This document shows, piece after piece, positions 43,965-56,113 of a stretch of DNA of 64,000 nt (position 1 is the first letter of the stretch; every line of letters starts with the position of its first letter). Source of the DNA: an uncultured Trueperaceae bacterium (GTDB lineage Bacteria > Deinococcota > Deinococci > Deinococcales > Trueperaceae); assembly GCA_963799485.1 (NCBI GenBank), contig CAWCXJ010000007.1, positions 1 through 64,000 of the forward strand, written 5' to 3'. Made by a program: the position numbers and the translations under genes. Under the pieces are notes generated by a model. It was not told the DNA's origin and did no database searches. It saw nothing but the letters and a program-made list of their open reading frames with translations.

Positions 43965-43992
43965 TATGAGATTTAAGAACTAAAGTAAATAT

Positions 43993-44653
43993 ATGGACGA
44001 ATTCAGAGCCAAAAGGATTTACGCAACGCTCAACGCGATGGTTTTTATACTTAGTCAGCTAGACCGTCGCTATACTGAACTCGTAGCAATGCTTCACGAT
44101 TATCGGAAAAGTAAGGAACAGGATGGAAAAATTGAAGAGCCACGTCAAGTTACTATGGATATCGGTTATCCGCGTGGCAACTATATGGTTAGTCTCGCGT
44201 GGGACATCGTTGACTGGTGTGACCGCTTAAGAAAAATTGCAGGAGTAAAGGCAGGAATCAAGCGTAGGGATGAATGGTTTCAACAGCTTGAGGCTACTCT
44301 AGAAACCACAAAAGACATCAGGAACTTTTTGCAACATTACGATAGCGAAGTAAACACATTTGTTCTAGGGTCTTATCCACTGATGGGCAGTATCAGCGCA
44401 CACTTCCCCATAGAAGATGGATGGTGTGCTGTGCATACATTATCATGAGCACTCCTATTGCGTCGGTGTATCACAAAGAGTTTAAGATAGCGAGCTTCAC
44501 TAACCCATCCGTCGTAAATGGAGACGTTGACTTAGTAACTTTCTCTGTAGCAGAGAAAGCACTAAATTTGACCGATATAACGGTAAAACTTAGAGAAGCA
44601 AAACTCGGAGTTATATGGAAAAGGAATACGATTTCACATGGCCAGAGTTCTGA
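43993..44653 (+). CDS. Low-GC hypothetical protein with a HEPN-like RNxxxH motif; apparently frameshifted twice
   Basis: ORF 43993-44448 (IRNFLQH) continues in other frames, possibly to TGA 44651-44653; TAAAGT leaderless box. Confidence 0.5.
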
Positions 44654-44706
44654 AAAACTGAGATGCCTTTCACGCAGTCTTAGCCGCGAGCCGCTATCAT
44701 AAGCGC

Positions 44707-45129
44707 ATGACCCAACATAGACGCACGTTTACGGCGCTCGCGCTGGCCCTCGCACTAGCCGCCTGCGCCCCCCGCACACAAACCCCCGAAACTCCCGCAA
44801 GGCCGCCGCAAACGACGCCTGAAACGAACAGGACACCCGGAACTCCCGGTGGCGTGGTCCTGACCGACCCGGCAGCGCTCGAGGTTGACCGCGCCGCCCG
44901 GCAAGCGTTTCACCTGATGGGTTTGGAGTATACCCGCACCGGCGCGTACAGCGTCAACGTGCTGGTGTCCGACCTCGAGCTGCCGAGCGGCGCACGTTGG
45001 GAGCTGGAGAACCTCACACCCGAAACCTACGCCCTGCGTTTTACGTCGGACAGCGTGCCGGACGTCGCGTGGCGCGTTACGCCCGAAGGCGTTACGGCGC
45101 AAGAGGTTGAAGCCAATCAGATTCTCTAG
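44707..45129 (+). CDS. Hypothetical lipoprotein
   Basis: Lipobox LAAC, Pro/Thr linker, TATCAT leaderless box. Confidence 0.75.
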   Translation: MTQHRRTFTALALALALAACAPRTQTPETPARPPQTTPETNRTPGTPGGVVLTDPAALEVDRAARQAFHLMGLEYTRTGAYSVNVLVSDLELPSGARWELENLTPETYALRFTSDSVPDVAWRVTPEGVTAQEVEANQIL

Positions 45130-45168
45130 CTTGCTGCACGGACTTGCGGCACGGACTTGCTGCACAGA
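45130..45168. repeat. 13-bp tandem repeat x3
   Basis: CTTGCTGCACGGA CTTGCGGCACGGA CTTGCTGCACAGA. Confidence 0.85.
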
Positions 45169-45198
45169 CCCGTCGAAACAGTCCTTTAAGGAGACCTC

Positions 45199-47098
45199 GT
45201 GTCCAAACGCCCGCTTACCCGTGCTTTTTTGCTCTTTGCCTTTTTATCAGCCGCCTGGACGACAGCGCAGGGTGCGCTGCCCCTGGCACAGCTTGCCCCC
45301 GCTGAAAGTTTTCTGCTCCTCGGCTACAGTCCGTCTGAAGCGCCCGAAACCCGGTTACAAAGGGATTTAGAAACCCTCGACTTTCCCCGCGCCGGAAGGA
45401 CACTGGAAAAACTTGCCGAACTGAGCGGCGACCCCACGCTGCGCGACCTGTTAGAGGGGTACGGCGACCTTTTTCGGGGGGTTGAAGGACAGCTCGAGCG
45501 CCAGCAAAAACGGATGCGAAACCAGACCGGCGAGGGTGCAGGGTTTGCCCGGTGTTTGGAGGCCAACACCCCGGAAAACCCTGAAATGTTGGCGACACCG
45601 GAAGGCGAATACAGCGCCCTCTTGAGCGTCGGGGCGAGCAGTTACAGCCCGGTTCCGGCGGCGACGGCGCTGCTGCAAGTCACACCTGAAGCGGCAACGG
45701 AAGTTGCCGAGTTTCAAGACCTGCTGGTGCGTTGTAGCGAACAGGTCGGCCTCGAGGTCGTGCGGCTTAAAGAGGGCGAGACAACGCTGTTTGTCGTCGG
45801 CAACGGCGGCGATTTTCCGGTCGTCATCAGCCGGGTCGGGACGCTCTTTGTGGCCGGAACGAACCCCGAAGCGGTGCGCGGCGTCGTGCGGCGGGCGCAC
45901 GGCTCGGACGAACCCAACCTCGCGGGAACCGACTTTTACGGGCAAAACAGTGAGCTACTCGGCGGCCCCGGGATGAGTTTGGCGTTCAACGCTGCGGCGC
46001 TCGGGGGGACGTTGGAAAGTCTGGGCGGAAGCTTTACCGACGCGCAGACCGGGCCGCTTTTAGACAAGGCGGTCGGAGCTTTACGAACCCTCGGCTCTTA
46101 CGCCGGGACGCTCTATTTTGAAGGTCAAACGCTGACGCTCAGCTCGAGACTGGGCGTCAACCCCGAAGCCGGTGACGGCGAACTCGCCGCACTTTTACTC
46201 AACGACACACCCGCCCCGGCCCCAACGCTGGTACCGGAAGGAAGCACTGCGTTTAGCACCGCACATATCGAGCCGCAAGCCGTTTTGGATTATCTTGGAG
46301 GGTTGGGCCGAGCTTGCCGGACGCGCAACCGGCGAAAGCATTTCGCTTCAAGACCTCGCCCAGCAAGAACTCGGCCTCGACCTTGATACGGCTTTGGCTT
46401 GGCTCGGCGATGAAGTGACGAACGTGGTTTTAGAACCCGTCGGTACGGACGTGAACACGCTGCTTTACGGTCAGGCGCAGGTGACGGCGCTCCGGACGAC
46501 GGGTGAAGCGGCGACGCAGGCCGGACTTGCCGAAATCGGTGGGGCAGTTTTACGGGGGCTCGAGGCTCAAGGCTTCTCAAGCACCGAGTTTCTCGATTTT
46601 TCTGCGCAGGTCGCCAGGAGCAGCTACCGTTACGGCGACACTGACATCACCCGCTTCCGCGTCGGCCCGACCTTCGACCTCGGCACCGCATTTTTAGGCG
46701 ACACACTGCTCGTCGGAACGCCGGCGGCTGCTTTAGAAGATGTCATCGCCACCGCGCAGGGCTACCGCCGACCCATTACCGAAAATGAAAGCTTCACCGA
46801 GACCCGGACAGGTGCCCCGCAAAACGTCATCGGCCTGAGCTATCAGAACGTTGCGGATGAGCTTTACGGCCTCGCCGACCTAACGCGCGCCCTCGCCCAA
46901 CCGCTCGCGTTTGCGGCGTCGGCGTTGGTCAGTGAAACTGGCGAGACCGAAATGCCGGACTTCGCCGACCTGCTGCACGCCACCGAACTCATACCCAACT
47001 CGTTAGAGGTAGTGGGCAACCATACCGACACCCTTACGGGCTATACCTGGATAGAGGACGGCGCACGCTACTCGGAAACGCGTTTGCGGCTAAAATAA
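45199..47098 (+). CDS. Secreted hypothetical protein (DUF3352-like); frameshift ~46300
   Basis: AAGGAG RBS, signal peptide, two collinear ORFs; the family was guessed by eye. Confidence 0.6.
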
Positions 47099-47115
47099 GG
47101 TTCTAAAACCACGAA

Positions 47116-47142
47116 AAAGCCGGAGCATCACACTCCGGCTTT
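47116..47142. terminator. Bidirectional terminator
   Basis: AAAGCCGGAG/CTCCGGCTTT between convergent genes. Confidence 0.7.
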
Positions 47143-47263
47143 ACTTTTGCGTAAGACCTTGGCATTTCTAGAACAGATTGTCGCAGCTAACATCCCAGAA
47201 CGTGTGTGCTGGTCTGCAACGCTTATGCTGAGAGCGTTTATGACCAGATGATACCGGCTACGC

Positions 47264-47596
47264 TTAGTTTACAGCGGCGGCGACGTGCTTCTCGAGCCGT
47301 GCCTGGTACGCGCCCTTGGGCTGCGCCCCGACCATCGTTTCGACGGGTTCACCGTCTTTGAACAAGATGACGGTGGGAATGCTCATCACGCGGTAGCCCA
47401 TCGCGGTCTGCTGGTTGTCGTCTACGTTCAGTTTGCCGACCTTGATTTTGCCCTCGTAATCGTCTGCGAGTTGTTCAATGACCGGGCCGACCATCCGGCA
47501 AGGGCCGCACCACGGTGCCCAGAAATCCACTAGAACGAGTCCTTTGTCGGTTTCACTTTTGAAGTTGTCATCGGTAAACTCAATGGTATTTGCCAT
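47264..47596 (-). CDS. trxA: Thioredoxin
   Basis: DFWAPWCGPC and SIPT motifs. Confidence 0.96.
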   Translation of the reverse strand: MANTIEFTDDNFKSETDKGLVLVDFWAPWCGPCRMVGPVIEQLADDYEGKIKVGKLNVDDNQQTAMGYRVMSIPTVILFKDGEPVETMVGAQPKGAYQARLEKHVAAAVN

Positions 47597-47654
47597 ATGT
47601 TTGGCCTCCTATAGTCAATCTAGTTGAGTCTAGCGCGCGTGTATGTCTCTTGGT

Positions 47655-48798
47655 CTACACGTTTTGAGGCTGCGCCCAAATGTGAAGCTCACTCACAGTA
47701 TCACCTCTAGCAAACCGGGGCGTCGCCAAACCCAGGGCGCGGTTGCCCCCTTTTACGGCGGCCCGCACGAGCGCCAGCGGACTCACCTTGTCGCCGTGCA
47801 GCGCCCTCGCCGCCTGCACTTCGCGTTCGACGCTTAGGTCGGGGGCAGAACCCCTCGAGTCCGTCCCCAACGCAATTTCAACCCCGTGTTTGGCGTACAG
47901 TTCCCACGGAAACCGCCCGCATTCCAAAGCCTCGTTCGAGCGCGGGCAGTGCACCACCGCGCAGCCTGCTTTGGCCACAGTCTTTATATCGTCCTCAGAA
48001 ACGTTGACCATATGAACGAGGGTTGGGCGGGCGTCTAATATGCCCAACTCGGCTAGATACTGCACCGGCGTCAGACCACTCGGCCTCCACGACCCCAAAA
48101 AGGGTTTCATCAAGTCAAAAAGTGGCCCGGTGCCGCCCTGTTGCATGAGGATTTCGGCAGGACTTTCGGCAACGTGGATTTGTAGCGGCAGGTTTTCCGC
48201 CACCGCCAACCGTGCAAGTTTTTGCAGCAGCGGGCCGCTGACGGTGTGCGGCGTGTGCGGGGAGAGTCCGAGCTTGAGACCGCCTGGGCGCTCGAGCCTC
48301 CGGAACTCACGCAACAGTTCAACGGTTTCGGCGAACGCTTTGTCAGCATCGTCGGGATTCGGCGCGAAAACTTCCCAGTAAGCGACGCCTTTCGATCCGG
48401 GTGTCTGCAAAAGCCAGCGCATCGCCTCGGCTTCGGCTACGATGTCGCCGAACGCCCCGACGCCGGTAGCGGTGATTTCAGCTAGTCCCAGCTTCGCCGC
48501 CACTACCCCACGACTTACGTTATTTTTGACGACGTGCCGGATGAAGTTCTCGTAAGAACCGCTAAAGTACGGCAACTGTGACAAATCGAGGTGCATGTGC
48601 GCGTTGACCGGCGGCGGCGAAATCGCAAAGCCCTACATCTTTTACGGGCGCGTCCGGATAACTTTGGCGAGCGTCGAAGAGGCTTCCGACCATTACGATA
48701 CGCTCATCTTGTACAACGACTGCGCCGCCTTCACGGGGCGTACCAATGCCGTTATAAACGACTTCAGCAGTTAAAATCTCATGCGCCAGCGAACTCAC
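47655..48798 (-). CDS. Amidohydrolase-family metal-dependent deaminase; frameshift ~48630
   Basis: NAHMHLD, SPHTPHTV, IHVAES, VHCPRSN and ALGTDS motifs. Confidence 0.85.
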
Positions 48799-48853
48799 CC
48801 TCCAACGCTACCGGGTTCTACGCGCCGGCACAAGGTGAACATAGACGCTCAAC

Positions 48854-49504
48854 CTAACGCGCGGCCCAGAGCATTCCCCGCAGCATGATTTCTCTCGCTT
48901 CGGGTACGTCGAAATCTTTACGGATATGTCCCAATGACGAGTAAAACACCCGGCCCTTACCGTAGTAACGCTTCCACACGACCGGCATTACCGTGCCGGC
49001 AGTCCAGTGGGCGTCCCCGTATTCGCCTGAGAACGTCGTCGTCGCTAGAACTTCATTACCGGGGTCAACGTGCAGATAGTACTGCTCCGAGTTCATCTCG
49101 AAGTCGGCGAGGCCTTCGGTAATCGGGTCGGCCCAGGTGATTTCAACTTTGTAGGGGATGACGTTGCCGGGGTGCGCGACCCACTGCCCGCCGACCATAA
49201 ACTGATACTCGGTACGGTTGCGAAACGAATCCGCCATCCCGCCGTGCCACCCCGCCAGCCCGACGCCACTTTTAACCGCCTTTAAGAGTCCGGCTTCTTG
49301 TTCGTCGCTGATGTCACTCATTGTCCAAACCGGAACGATCAGGTTGAGGCTCTGCATATACGCTTCGTCGGTGTAGACGTCCAAGTCGGAGACGACTTTG
49401 ACCGCGAGGTCTTTTTGCCGTAAAAGGTCGGCAAACAGTTCGGCGCACGCTTCGGGTTCGTGTCCGTCCCAGCCACCCCAGTTGATCAGCGCAGTTTTTG
49501 TCAT
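48854..49504 (-). CDS. ThuA domain protein
   Basis: [23 protein letters not shown] and [10 protein letters not shown] motifs. Confidence 0.88.
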   Translation of the reverse strand: MTKTALINWGGWDGHEPEACAELFADLLRQKDLAVKVVSDLDVYTDEAYMQSLNLIVPVWTMSDISDEQEAGLLKAVKSGVGLAGWHGGMADSFRNRTEYQFMVGGQWVAHPGNVIPYKVEITWADPITEGLADFEMNSEQYYLHVDPGNEVLATTTFSGEYGDAHWTAGTVMPVVWKRYYGKGRVFYSSLGHIRKDFDVPEAREIMLRGMLWAAR

Positions 49505-50625
49505 CTTTGCAGCGCTCCTAGCGTGTCGCCCAGATCGCCCGCCGCCACCCCTAGTGGCAACGGGGTCGGACGTTCGCAGCGGCTTTTTACGGTGAGGTGT
49601 TGGCCCTTTTCAGCAGCTTCGTGTAGCGACTGCATCACGTCCAGGACGTGCAGTGCAAGGTCGCTGTGACAACGGTGCGGCCTTTCGGCAAGCAGCGAAC
49701 ATGCAAGGTCGGCCGCGCCGATACCCCGCATGTTGTCGGTATAGCCGTTGACCAGCGGCAGCTCTTCCCACGTTTCTGCGCCCGCAAGACGTACCCGGAC
49801 GGGGCCACCAAAGGTATTCGGGTCGGGAACCTGCAAGCTGCCGTGTTCGCCGTAAAGTTCGGTGGGGTGAGCCGTATGATGCTTTACGTCGAAACTCATG
49901 ACTAGGGTGATGAGCGCGCCGCTGTGAAACTCAAGCGTTCCCGAAACGTGCGTCGGTACCTCGACCGGAATGCGTTCACCGTAACGGGGTTGGCTGGTAA
50001 TCGTGCGCTCACCACTCATCGCGGCGGCGGCGCTGACGCGGCGCACCGGCCCCAGCAGCTGTACGAGCGCGGTGAGGTAGTACGGCCCCATATCGAACAA
50101 AGGGCCGCCGCCCTTGAGATAGTAAAAGTCCGGGTTGGGGTGCCAGCGTTCGTGTCCCGGCACCATCATAAAGGCGGTTCCGGCAACGACCCGGCCCAGC
50201 TTGCCACTGTTTACGAGTTGTAAACACGTCTGGATACCGGCCCCTAAAAACGTGTCGGGGGCGCAGCTTACCCGTAAACCCAAATCTTTGGCAGCCGCGA
50301 CGACCCGTTTTCCCTCGGTTCTGTCCAGGGCCAGCGGCTTTTCCAGATGCACGTGTTTACCCGCCGCCAAAACCTGTAGCGTCACCTCGGCGTGCGCTTG
50401 CGGCACGGTCAGGTTCAAAACGATGTCGATGTCGGGTCGGGCGAGTAGGTCTTCAACGCTCAGCGCTTCAACCCCCCACGTTTTTGCGGCGCGCTCAGAC
50501 GCTTCCCTATTCACGTCGGCGCAGGCGACGAGCCCCAGCACCGGAAACAATCTCGCCGCCTTGAAATACGCCCCGCTGATGGTGCCGCAGCCGATGATGC
50601 CAATTTTTTTAGTCATGCCAGTCAT
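49501..50625 (-). CDS. Gfo/Idh/MocA oxidoreductase
   Basis: [26 protein letters not shown] and [12 protein letters not shown] motifs. Confidence 0.93.
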   Translation of the reverse strand: MTGMTKKIGIIGCGTISGAYFKAARLFPVLGLVACADVNREASERAAKTWGVEALSVEDLLARPDIDIVLNLTVPQAHAEVTLQVLAAGKHVHLEKPLALDRTEGKRVVAAAKDLGLRVSCAPDTFLGAGIQTCLQLVNSGKLGRVVAGTAFMMVPGHERWHPNPDFYYLKGGGPLFDMGPYYLTALVQLLGPVRRVSAAAAMSGERTITSQPRYGERIPVEVPTHVSGTLEFHSGALITLVMSFDVKHHTAHPTELYGEHGSLQVPDPNTFGGPVRVRLAGAETWEELPLVNGYTDNMRGIGAADLACSLLAERPHRCHSDLALHVLDVMQSLHEAAEKGQHLTVKSRCERPTPLPLGVAAGDLGDTLGALQR

Positions 50626-50786
50626 ACCGTTCTCCGCTTTGGGTCGTTTTTAGCTGCCTTGAGAACATCTCGAGCGCGTATAAACCCTCTTCCACGTTCC
50701 AATCTATTCTCAATTCTGCCTTCTAAATCCTTACTTCTCGCTTCCAGCATATTGCCAACAGTTATCAGCACCTCAAAATACCCAAC

Positions 50787-51608
50787 CTACCCCTTTAGCA
50801 CCCCCGCCATCATCCCCGACACGATACGCTCTTGCCCGAAAATATAGACCAGAATCAGCGGCAACGCCGACAGGGTCAGCACCGCCATAATCGCCGGAAT
50901 ATTCATCGCGTACTGCCCCTGATACTCCCAGATGGCGAGCGGTAACGGGCGGTTTTGCGGTGAGGTAATCAGCACGAAGGCGAAAACGAACTCGTTCCAG
51001 AGGATGACGGAGTTGTAAATCGCGAGTGTGGCGAGCCCCGGCGTCGAGAGCGGCAAGATGATACGGAAAAAGCGGCCCACCGTGGTGCAACCGTCGAGGT
51101 GGGCGGCCTCCTCGAGTTCAACCGGAATCTCACGCATAAATTCGCTGAGGATAAAAATCGATACCGGCAAATTAAATGCGACGTAGGGGCCGAGCAAGGC
51201 CCAGAGCGAATCGTAAAGCCCGATCTGACGCGTAAAAAGGTAAACGGGGATGAGCGTGACGTGCAGCGGAATCACCAACCCCGCCAGCACAAAGCCGAAG
51301 AGCGGCCCGCTCAGGCGAAAGGTAAGGCGGGAAAAGACAAACGCCGCCATCGCGCTCAGGAGCAAAATCACGGCGACCGACACTGCAACGATGACGAGGC
51401 TGTTTTTGAGGTAGATAAAAAAGCCGCCGGTCGTGAGGATGTCCACGTAAGACTGAAGCGTCGGGTTTTTGGGCCACGCGAACACGCCGCCAAAAAGCTC
51501 GAACTGGCTTTTGAAACCGGTTAGCGCCATAAAGTAAAACGGCGTCGCGGCGATGACCAGCCAGATAAGCGCCAGCAGGCCGAGCGGCACCCGTTTAAGG
51601 ACGTTCAT
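50787..51608 (-). CDS. Carbohydrate ABC permease
   Basis: [11 protein letters not shown] and WNEFVFA motifs. Confidence 0.92.
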   Translation of the reverse strand: MNVLKRVPLGLLALIWLVIAATPFYFMALTGFKSQFELFGGVFAWPKNPTLQSYVDILTTGGFFIYLKNSLVIVAVSVAVILLLSAMAAFVFSRLTFRLSGPLFGFVLAGLVIPLHVTLIPVYLFTRQIGLYDSLWALLGPYVAFNLPVSIFILSEFMREIPVELEEAAHLDGCTTVGRFFRIILPLSTPGLATLAIYNSVILWNEFVFAFVLITSPQNRPLPLAIWEYQGQYAMNIPAIMAVLTLSALPLILVYIFGQERIVSGMMAGVLKG

Positions 51609-52546
51609 GTGTTCCTCCGGTAGTCGAGCCGCCGACTAAGGCCGAGCGCCAAGAGCGACACGAGCATCACGAAAATAAACATCGCAAACGCAACAGTGCT
51701 GCCGTAACCCACTTCAAACGACGGGAACGCTTTTTTGTACATGTAGGTTGCCATCAGCTCCGAGGCGTTGTTGGGGCCGCCTTCGGTCATCACCCACACC
51801 AGATCGAAGTATTTGAGCGACCCGATGAGCGACAAGATAATCGCCGTTCGCACCGTCCCCATCACCAGCGGCAGGGCGATGAAGCGGTAGTAGCGGGCGT
51901 CGTTGGCCCCGTCGATGCGGGCGGCATCTTTGAGTTCGCCGGGAACGGTGTTTAAGGCCGCGTAAAAGAGAATCATGTAAAAGGGGATAAATTGCCAGCA
52001 AATCACCAGAATGACAGATAGCAGCGCCCAGCGAGGCTCGCCCAACCAGCTTTGCGTCAGGTTGCCCAGACCGATATTGGTCAAGCCCTCGTTGATAAGG
52101 CCGAACGAGGGGTCGTAGATGTACTTGAATAAAATGCCCACTGCGACCGACGACATCAGCATCGGAAAAAAATAGACGGTTTTGAAAAACTTGCTGATAA
52201 AGCTGCGGCTGCGCTCGAGCATCACTGCAAGTAGCATCGCAATCGGCAGCTGAATGGCGATAGAAAGAACGACGATGGTCAGGTTGTTGCCGAGCGCCTT
52301 CCAGAACACCGCGTCCTGCACGAGCCGCGCCCAGTTCGTCAACCCGACAAAATCGCGGGTGGGGTCGATGCCGTTCCATTCATAAAGGCTGAGCTGGAGC
52401 GAATTAAAGATGGGCCAGACGACAAAAACGCCCATAAAGGCCAAGGTCGGCAGCAAAAACAACACGATGGTCAGCGTTCTCTCACTCCAGAAACGGTGTT
52501 GGCTGAGCTTCCGGGTCGGGGTCGCGGTGCTTGGGAGGGTCGTCAT
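51605..52546 (-). CDS. Carbohydrate ABC permease
   Basis: [12 protein letters not shown] and MTEGGP motifs. Confidence 0.92.
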   Translation of the reverse strand: MTTLPSTATPTRKLSQHRFWSERTLTIVLFLLPTLAFMGVFVVWPIFNSLQLSLYEWNGIDPTRDFVGLTNWARLVQDAVFWKALGNNLTIVVLSIAIQLPIAMLLAVMLERSRSFISKFFKTVYFFPMLMSSVAVGILFKYIYDPSFGLINEGLTNIGLGNLTQSWLGEPRWALLSVILVICWQFIPFYMILFYAALNTVPGELKDAARIDGANDARYYRFIALPLVMGTVRTAIILSLIGSLKYFDLVWVMTEGGPNNASELMATYMYKKAFPSFEVGYGSTVAFAMFIFVMLVSLLALGLSRRLDYRRNT

Positions 52547-52600
52547 ACGCGGCCTTTCTCGAGTTGGGGAGGACTTGCGCGCTCCCCAACTTCGCTACGT

Positions 52601-53872
52601 CTACTCGTTGTAAAAGGCGACGGCGGCGGCTTCCTGACGGCTGGCGACCTCTTCGGGGGTAAGCTCGAGGCCGAACAGCGCCTGCATCAGGTCTTTATGC
52701 GTTTCACCGAGTTCCGGCGGCAGATACTGGTCGTACCAAAGCTGCACGCTCTCCGCATTTTCGACCATCCCGACAACCTCTTGCAAAAGCGGTTCCTCGA
52801 TTTTGTCCGCGACCCCGACGACCGGCGGAATCAGCCCGTCGGCGATGCGAATATCGACGCTCTCGTCGTCGATGAGGTAGGTCAAGAGTTCAAAGGCTTC
52901 GTCGGGTGCTTCGCAGCTCGAAGAGATGTGATAGAAGTTGTCGCCGACCGTCCCCACCACGTCGCTGGGGTCGCCCGTGCCTTCCTCGAGGCTGGGAAAA
53001 GGAAAGAAACCCATGTTCTCGTAAAAGTCGGGGTTTTCGCTCTTCACCGTCGAAATCTGCCAGCTCCCCATCAGCTCCATCGCCGCGCGACCACTGTAGA
53101 GAAGCAGCCGTGACTGGCCCGTATCGTAGTCGAGGCCATTAAAGCCTTCGTTAAACGCCCCGGCTTTGACGAGTTGCTGAACGATTTCACCCGCACGGAC
53201 AAAAGGCTCGTCTTCAAAGCTGCCACCCGTCCGGTTGGCGGCGTTGGCAAACGTTTCGGGGCCACCGAGCCGGTCGACGAGGTACATGTAGTACATCGAA
53301 CTCGTCCACTTGGTTTTGTTGGCTAAAGCAAACGGCGCGATGCCGTTCTCTTTAAGCGTATCGATAACGCTGAGCAGTTCGTCGAAGGTTTCGGGCGGCG
53401 TCAGGCCCAGCTCGTCGAAGATGGCCTTGTTGTACCAGACAACCGCGACCGCCGTATTTTCTACAGGGACGCCGTAAATTTTGCCGTCGAAACTCGTATT
53501 GGTCAAAGCGGCGGGAACGAACCGGCTGACGTAATCGTCTTGTTGCATGTACTCGGTCAAGTCCAAGACCTGTCCGGCCTGAACGTACTGATAGAGCGGC
53601 CCGCCACCCCACGACATGAAGATGCAGGGTGCGTCGCCTGCACCGATAGACGTGCGAATCCGGGTTTTGTAGGGGTCGTTTTGCATCGGCAGAACGTTGA
53701 CCGTCACACCTGGGTTAGCCGCCGTAAACCGGTCTACCGCCTGCTGGATAATCTGCGGGCCGTTGCCGGTGCTCTGGATATGCCAAAAGTCGATGGTTTG
53801 CGCCGCTGCGACACCTGGCAAGACGCCCAAAACGCTTGCGACGAGAAACTTATCTAGCATTCGCTTGTTCAC
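52601..53872 (-). CDS. Sugar ABC transporter substrate-binding protein
   Basis: Signal peptide, YGVP..WYNK.IF and GRAAMELMGSW motifs. Confidence 0.9.
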   Translation of the reverse strand: MNKRMLDKFLVASVLGVLPGVAAAQTIDFWHIQSTGNGPQIIQQAVDRFTAANPGVTVNVLPMQNDPYKTRIRTSIGAGDAPCIFMSWGGGPLYQYVQAGQVLDLTEYMQQDDYVSRFVPAALTNTSFDGKIYGVPVENTAVAVVWYNKAIFDELGLTPPETFDELLSVIDTLKENGIAPFALANKTKWTSSMYYMYLVDRLGGPETFANAANRTGGSFEDEPFVRAGEIVQQLVKAGAFNEGFNGLDYDTGQSRLLLYSGRAAMELMGSWQISTVKSENPDFYENMGFFPFPSLEEGTGDPSDVVGTVGDNFYHISSSCEAPDEAFELLTYLIDDESVDIRIADGLIPPVVGVADKIEEPLLQEVVGMVENAESVQLWYDQYLPPELGETHKDLMQALFGLELTPEEVASRQEAAAVAFYNE

Positions 53873-54024
53873 AATTTACTCCCTAAGCTTGTGACAGGTT
53901 TTTTGGACGGCGATAGACGTTCTACCTCCTCTAAGCTAAATTCGTCACGAACAGCTGTAAAGCCGTAAAACGGCTGTCAAGCTGCGCTGTAACCGTACCC
54001 TCTTCTCTTGCGCGAGTTGGAGCT

Positions 54025-54040
54025 ACTTTAGCGCTTAAGT
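54025..54040. promoter_or_regulatory. LacI-type operator
   Basis: Near-palindrome ACTTTAGCGCTTAAGT between the divergent SBP and LacI genes. Confidence 0.6.
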
Positions 54041-54180
54041 TACAATTTTGTCAAGCTTTGTGGCCTAATTTGGACGTTGTTGCCGCAAGGAAACCCTTTT
54101 GGCTTTGTGTACACGTTCAGCACGCTAAAATGCTGAAGTTGTGTTCCTAATGACCACGGCGACCAAATGAGGGAAAAAGC

Positions 54181-55203
54181 ATGACCGTCAAACCCAACAG
54201 CATTACCCTTGCAGATGTCGGCAAACGGGTCGGCGTCTCCGGCGTGACGGTCTCGAACGTCATCAACAACCGGGGCGGCACCTCGGCGGCGACGCAGGCG
54301 AAGGTCTGGGCGGCGATTCGTGAAACCGGCTATGTGGCAAATCTGGCAGCCCGTAGTCTCGCAGGCGGTCGAACCCGCACCGTCGGGGTACTCGTTCCCG
54401 ATTTATCGACGCAGTACGCCAGCGAAATCGTGCGGGGCGTAAGTGAGGCAGTGGCAACGTCGGGCCTCGAGATGCTCGTCTCGACGACGCATGACGGGGC
54501 GCTCGAGCGCAGACAGGTCGACCTTCTCAAAGGGATCACCGACGGACTTATCTTTTTACTTCCTTATGAAAGCCAGAATGCTGGTCAAGATGACGTCCGC
54601 TCGTTCGATTTTCAGGGTCAGCCGGTCGTCGCGATTGAATACCGCCCCGGCGCACACCCGTTCCCGACGGTCAACATCGACGACTACGGGGGAACGGAGC
54701 AGGCGATACGTTATCTCATCTCACTCGGGCATCGGCGTATCGGGTTTATCGGTGGCCCTGCCGGACGCCTCGCCTCGGAAACCCGCTTAAACGCGTACCG
54801 GGACGCTTTGGCAGAAGGCGGTTTAGCCGTAGACCCGAACCTGCTCAAACGTGGCGATTTTACCCAACCGACGGGGTTTGCTGCGGCGCGGGAGCTTTTG
54901 GAGCTTACCGACCCATCCACCGCTATCTTTGCCACAAATGATTTGTCGGCGTTCGGCGTTATCGAGGCCGTCAAACATCACGGGTTGCGTATCCCTGAAG
55001 CTATTTCGGTCGTGGGTTTCGACGACGTTCCGATGGCGAGTCAGGTATTCCCGCCCCTGACAACCGTAAAAAGACCGCTCGAGCAGCTTGGCAAAACCGC
55101 CGTAAACTTGCTGTTGGCGAAATTACGGGGTGAAACCACCGAAGCTAACGTGACGCTGCCCACACATCTGGTGGTGCGCGCCACGACCCGGCAACGAAGG
55201 TGA
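54181..55203 (+). CDS. LacI-family transcriptional regulator
   Basis: TLADVGKRVGVSGVTVSNVIN HTH; ISVVGFDD and PPLTTV. Confidence 0.95.
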   Translation: MTVKPNSITLADVGKRVGVSGVTVSNVINNRGGTSAATQAKVWAAIRETGYVANLAARSLAGGRTRTVGVLVPDLSTQYASEIVRGVSEAVATSGLEMLVSTTHDGALERRQVDLLKGITDGLIFLLPYESQNAGQDDVRSFDFQGQPVVAIEYRPGAHPFPTVNIDDYGGTEQAIRYLISLGHRRIGFIGGPAGRLASETRLNAYRDALAEGGLAVDPNLLKRGDFTQPTGFAAARELLELTDPSTAIFATNDLSAFGVIEAVKHHGLRIPEAISVVGFDDVPMASQVFPPLTTVKRPLEQLGKTAVNLLLAKLRGETTEANVTLPTHLVVRATTRQRR

Positions 55204-55210
55204 TTCAGGT

Positions 55211-56113
55211 TTAGCGGTGCTGCGTGTAGGTTGTCGTTGTGTTCAAGGTGCGGAGGGACTCGAGTTCACCTTTGCTCAGCTCTACTTGGGCCGCACCGAC
55301 GTTTTCCTCGAGTTGACCTAAACTACTCGCTCCTGGGATGACCGTCGCTACCGCCGGATGCGACAGGGCGTAACGCAGCGCGAGCTGCGCCGTGCTGCGT
55401 TCAGGCGTGACTAAATCCTGCAAGGCTTCACGCGCATTTTCCAGCACTTCGGGCGTATGGTCTAAAAATCCTTTTGACACTTTGGCTTCACCCGACGCGC
55501 TCAAAATACCCTTCGCCACCGGCCCTCGCACAATCACGCCGACACCGTTTTGCTCGAGTAAATCCAGTGCCGACTCTTCCGGGCGGCGGTCTAAGAGGCC
55601 GTACTGCATCATCACACTCGCCATGTTCGACTTTTTGACCCACTCCCGGATGACGTTGGGCCGAATCGACGAAATCCCGTAAGCGCGAATCAGCCCCTGC
55701 GCCTTCAGACCTTCAAACGTTTCAATCACACTGTCAATGTCGTCCAAAGTGCCGCCGTGAAGCTGGTACAAATCAAGATAATCGGTTTGCAACCGTTTCA
55801 AGCTCGCTTCGATAGCCTGCCGGATATACGCCGGCGACGCGTCCCAATCCCAGCTTGTACCGTCTTCTCGCCAGCGGTTGCCCACCTTGCTGGCGATGAC
55901 GACCTGCTCACGCATTCCCGTAAACGCTCTTCCGACGCTCTCCTCGTTAAAACCCCTGTCGTAAAGGTCGGCGGTGTCGAAAAAGGTGACGCCCAGCTCG
56001 AGTGCTCGGTGCAAAAGCTTGATGTTTCCGGTATGGTCTTGACCCAGAGACATGCAGCCGTAGCCGATTTCGCTGACCTGCACGTTACTTTGACCCAGCT
56101 GCTTGTATTTCAC
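55211..56113 (-). CDS. Aldo/keto reductase
   Basis: GYGCMSL, FDTADLY, SLKRLQTDYLDLYQLH and IPGA motifs. Confidence 0.94.
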   Translation of the reverse strand: MKYKQLGQSNVQVSEIGYGCMSLGQDHTGNIKLLHRALELGVTFFDTADLYDRGFNEESVGRAFTGMREQVVIASKVGNRWREDGTSWDWDASPAYIRQAIEASLKRLQTDYLDLYQLHGGTLDDIDSVIETFEGLKAQGLIRAYGISSIRPNVIREWVKKSNMASVMMQYGLLDRRPEESALDLLEQNGVGVIVRGPVAKGILSASGEAKVSKGFLDHTPEVLENAREALQDLVTPERSTAQLALRYALSHPAVATVIPGASSLGQLEENVGAAQVELSKGELESLRTLNTTTTYTQHR

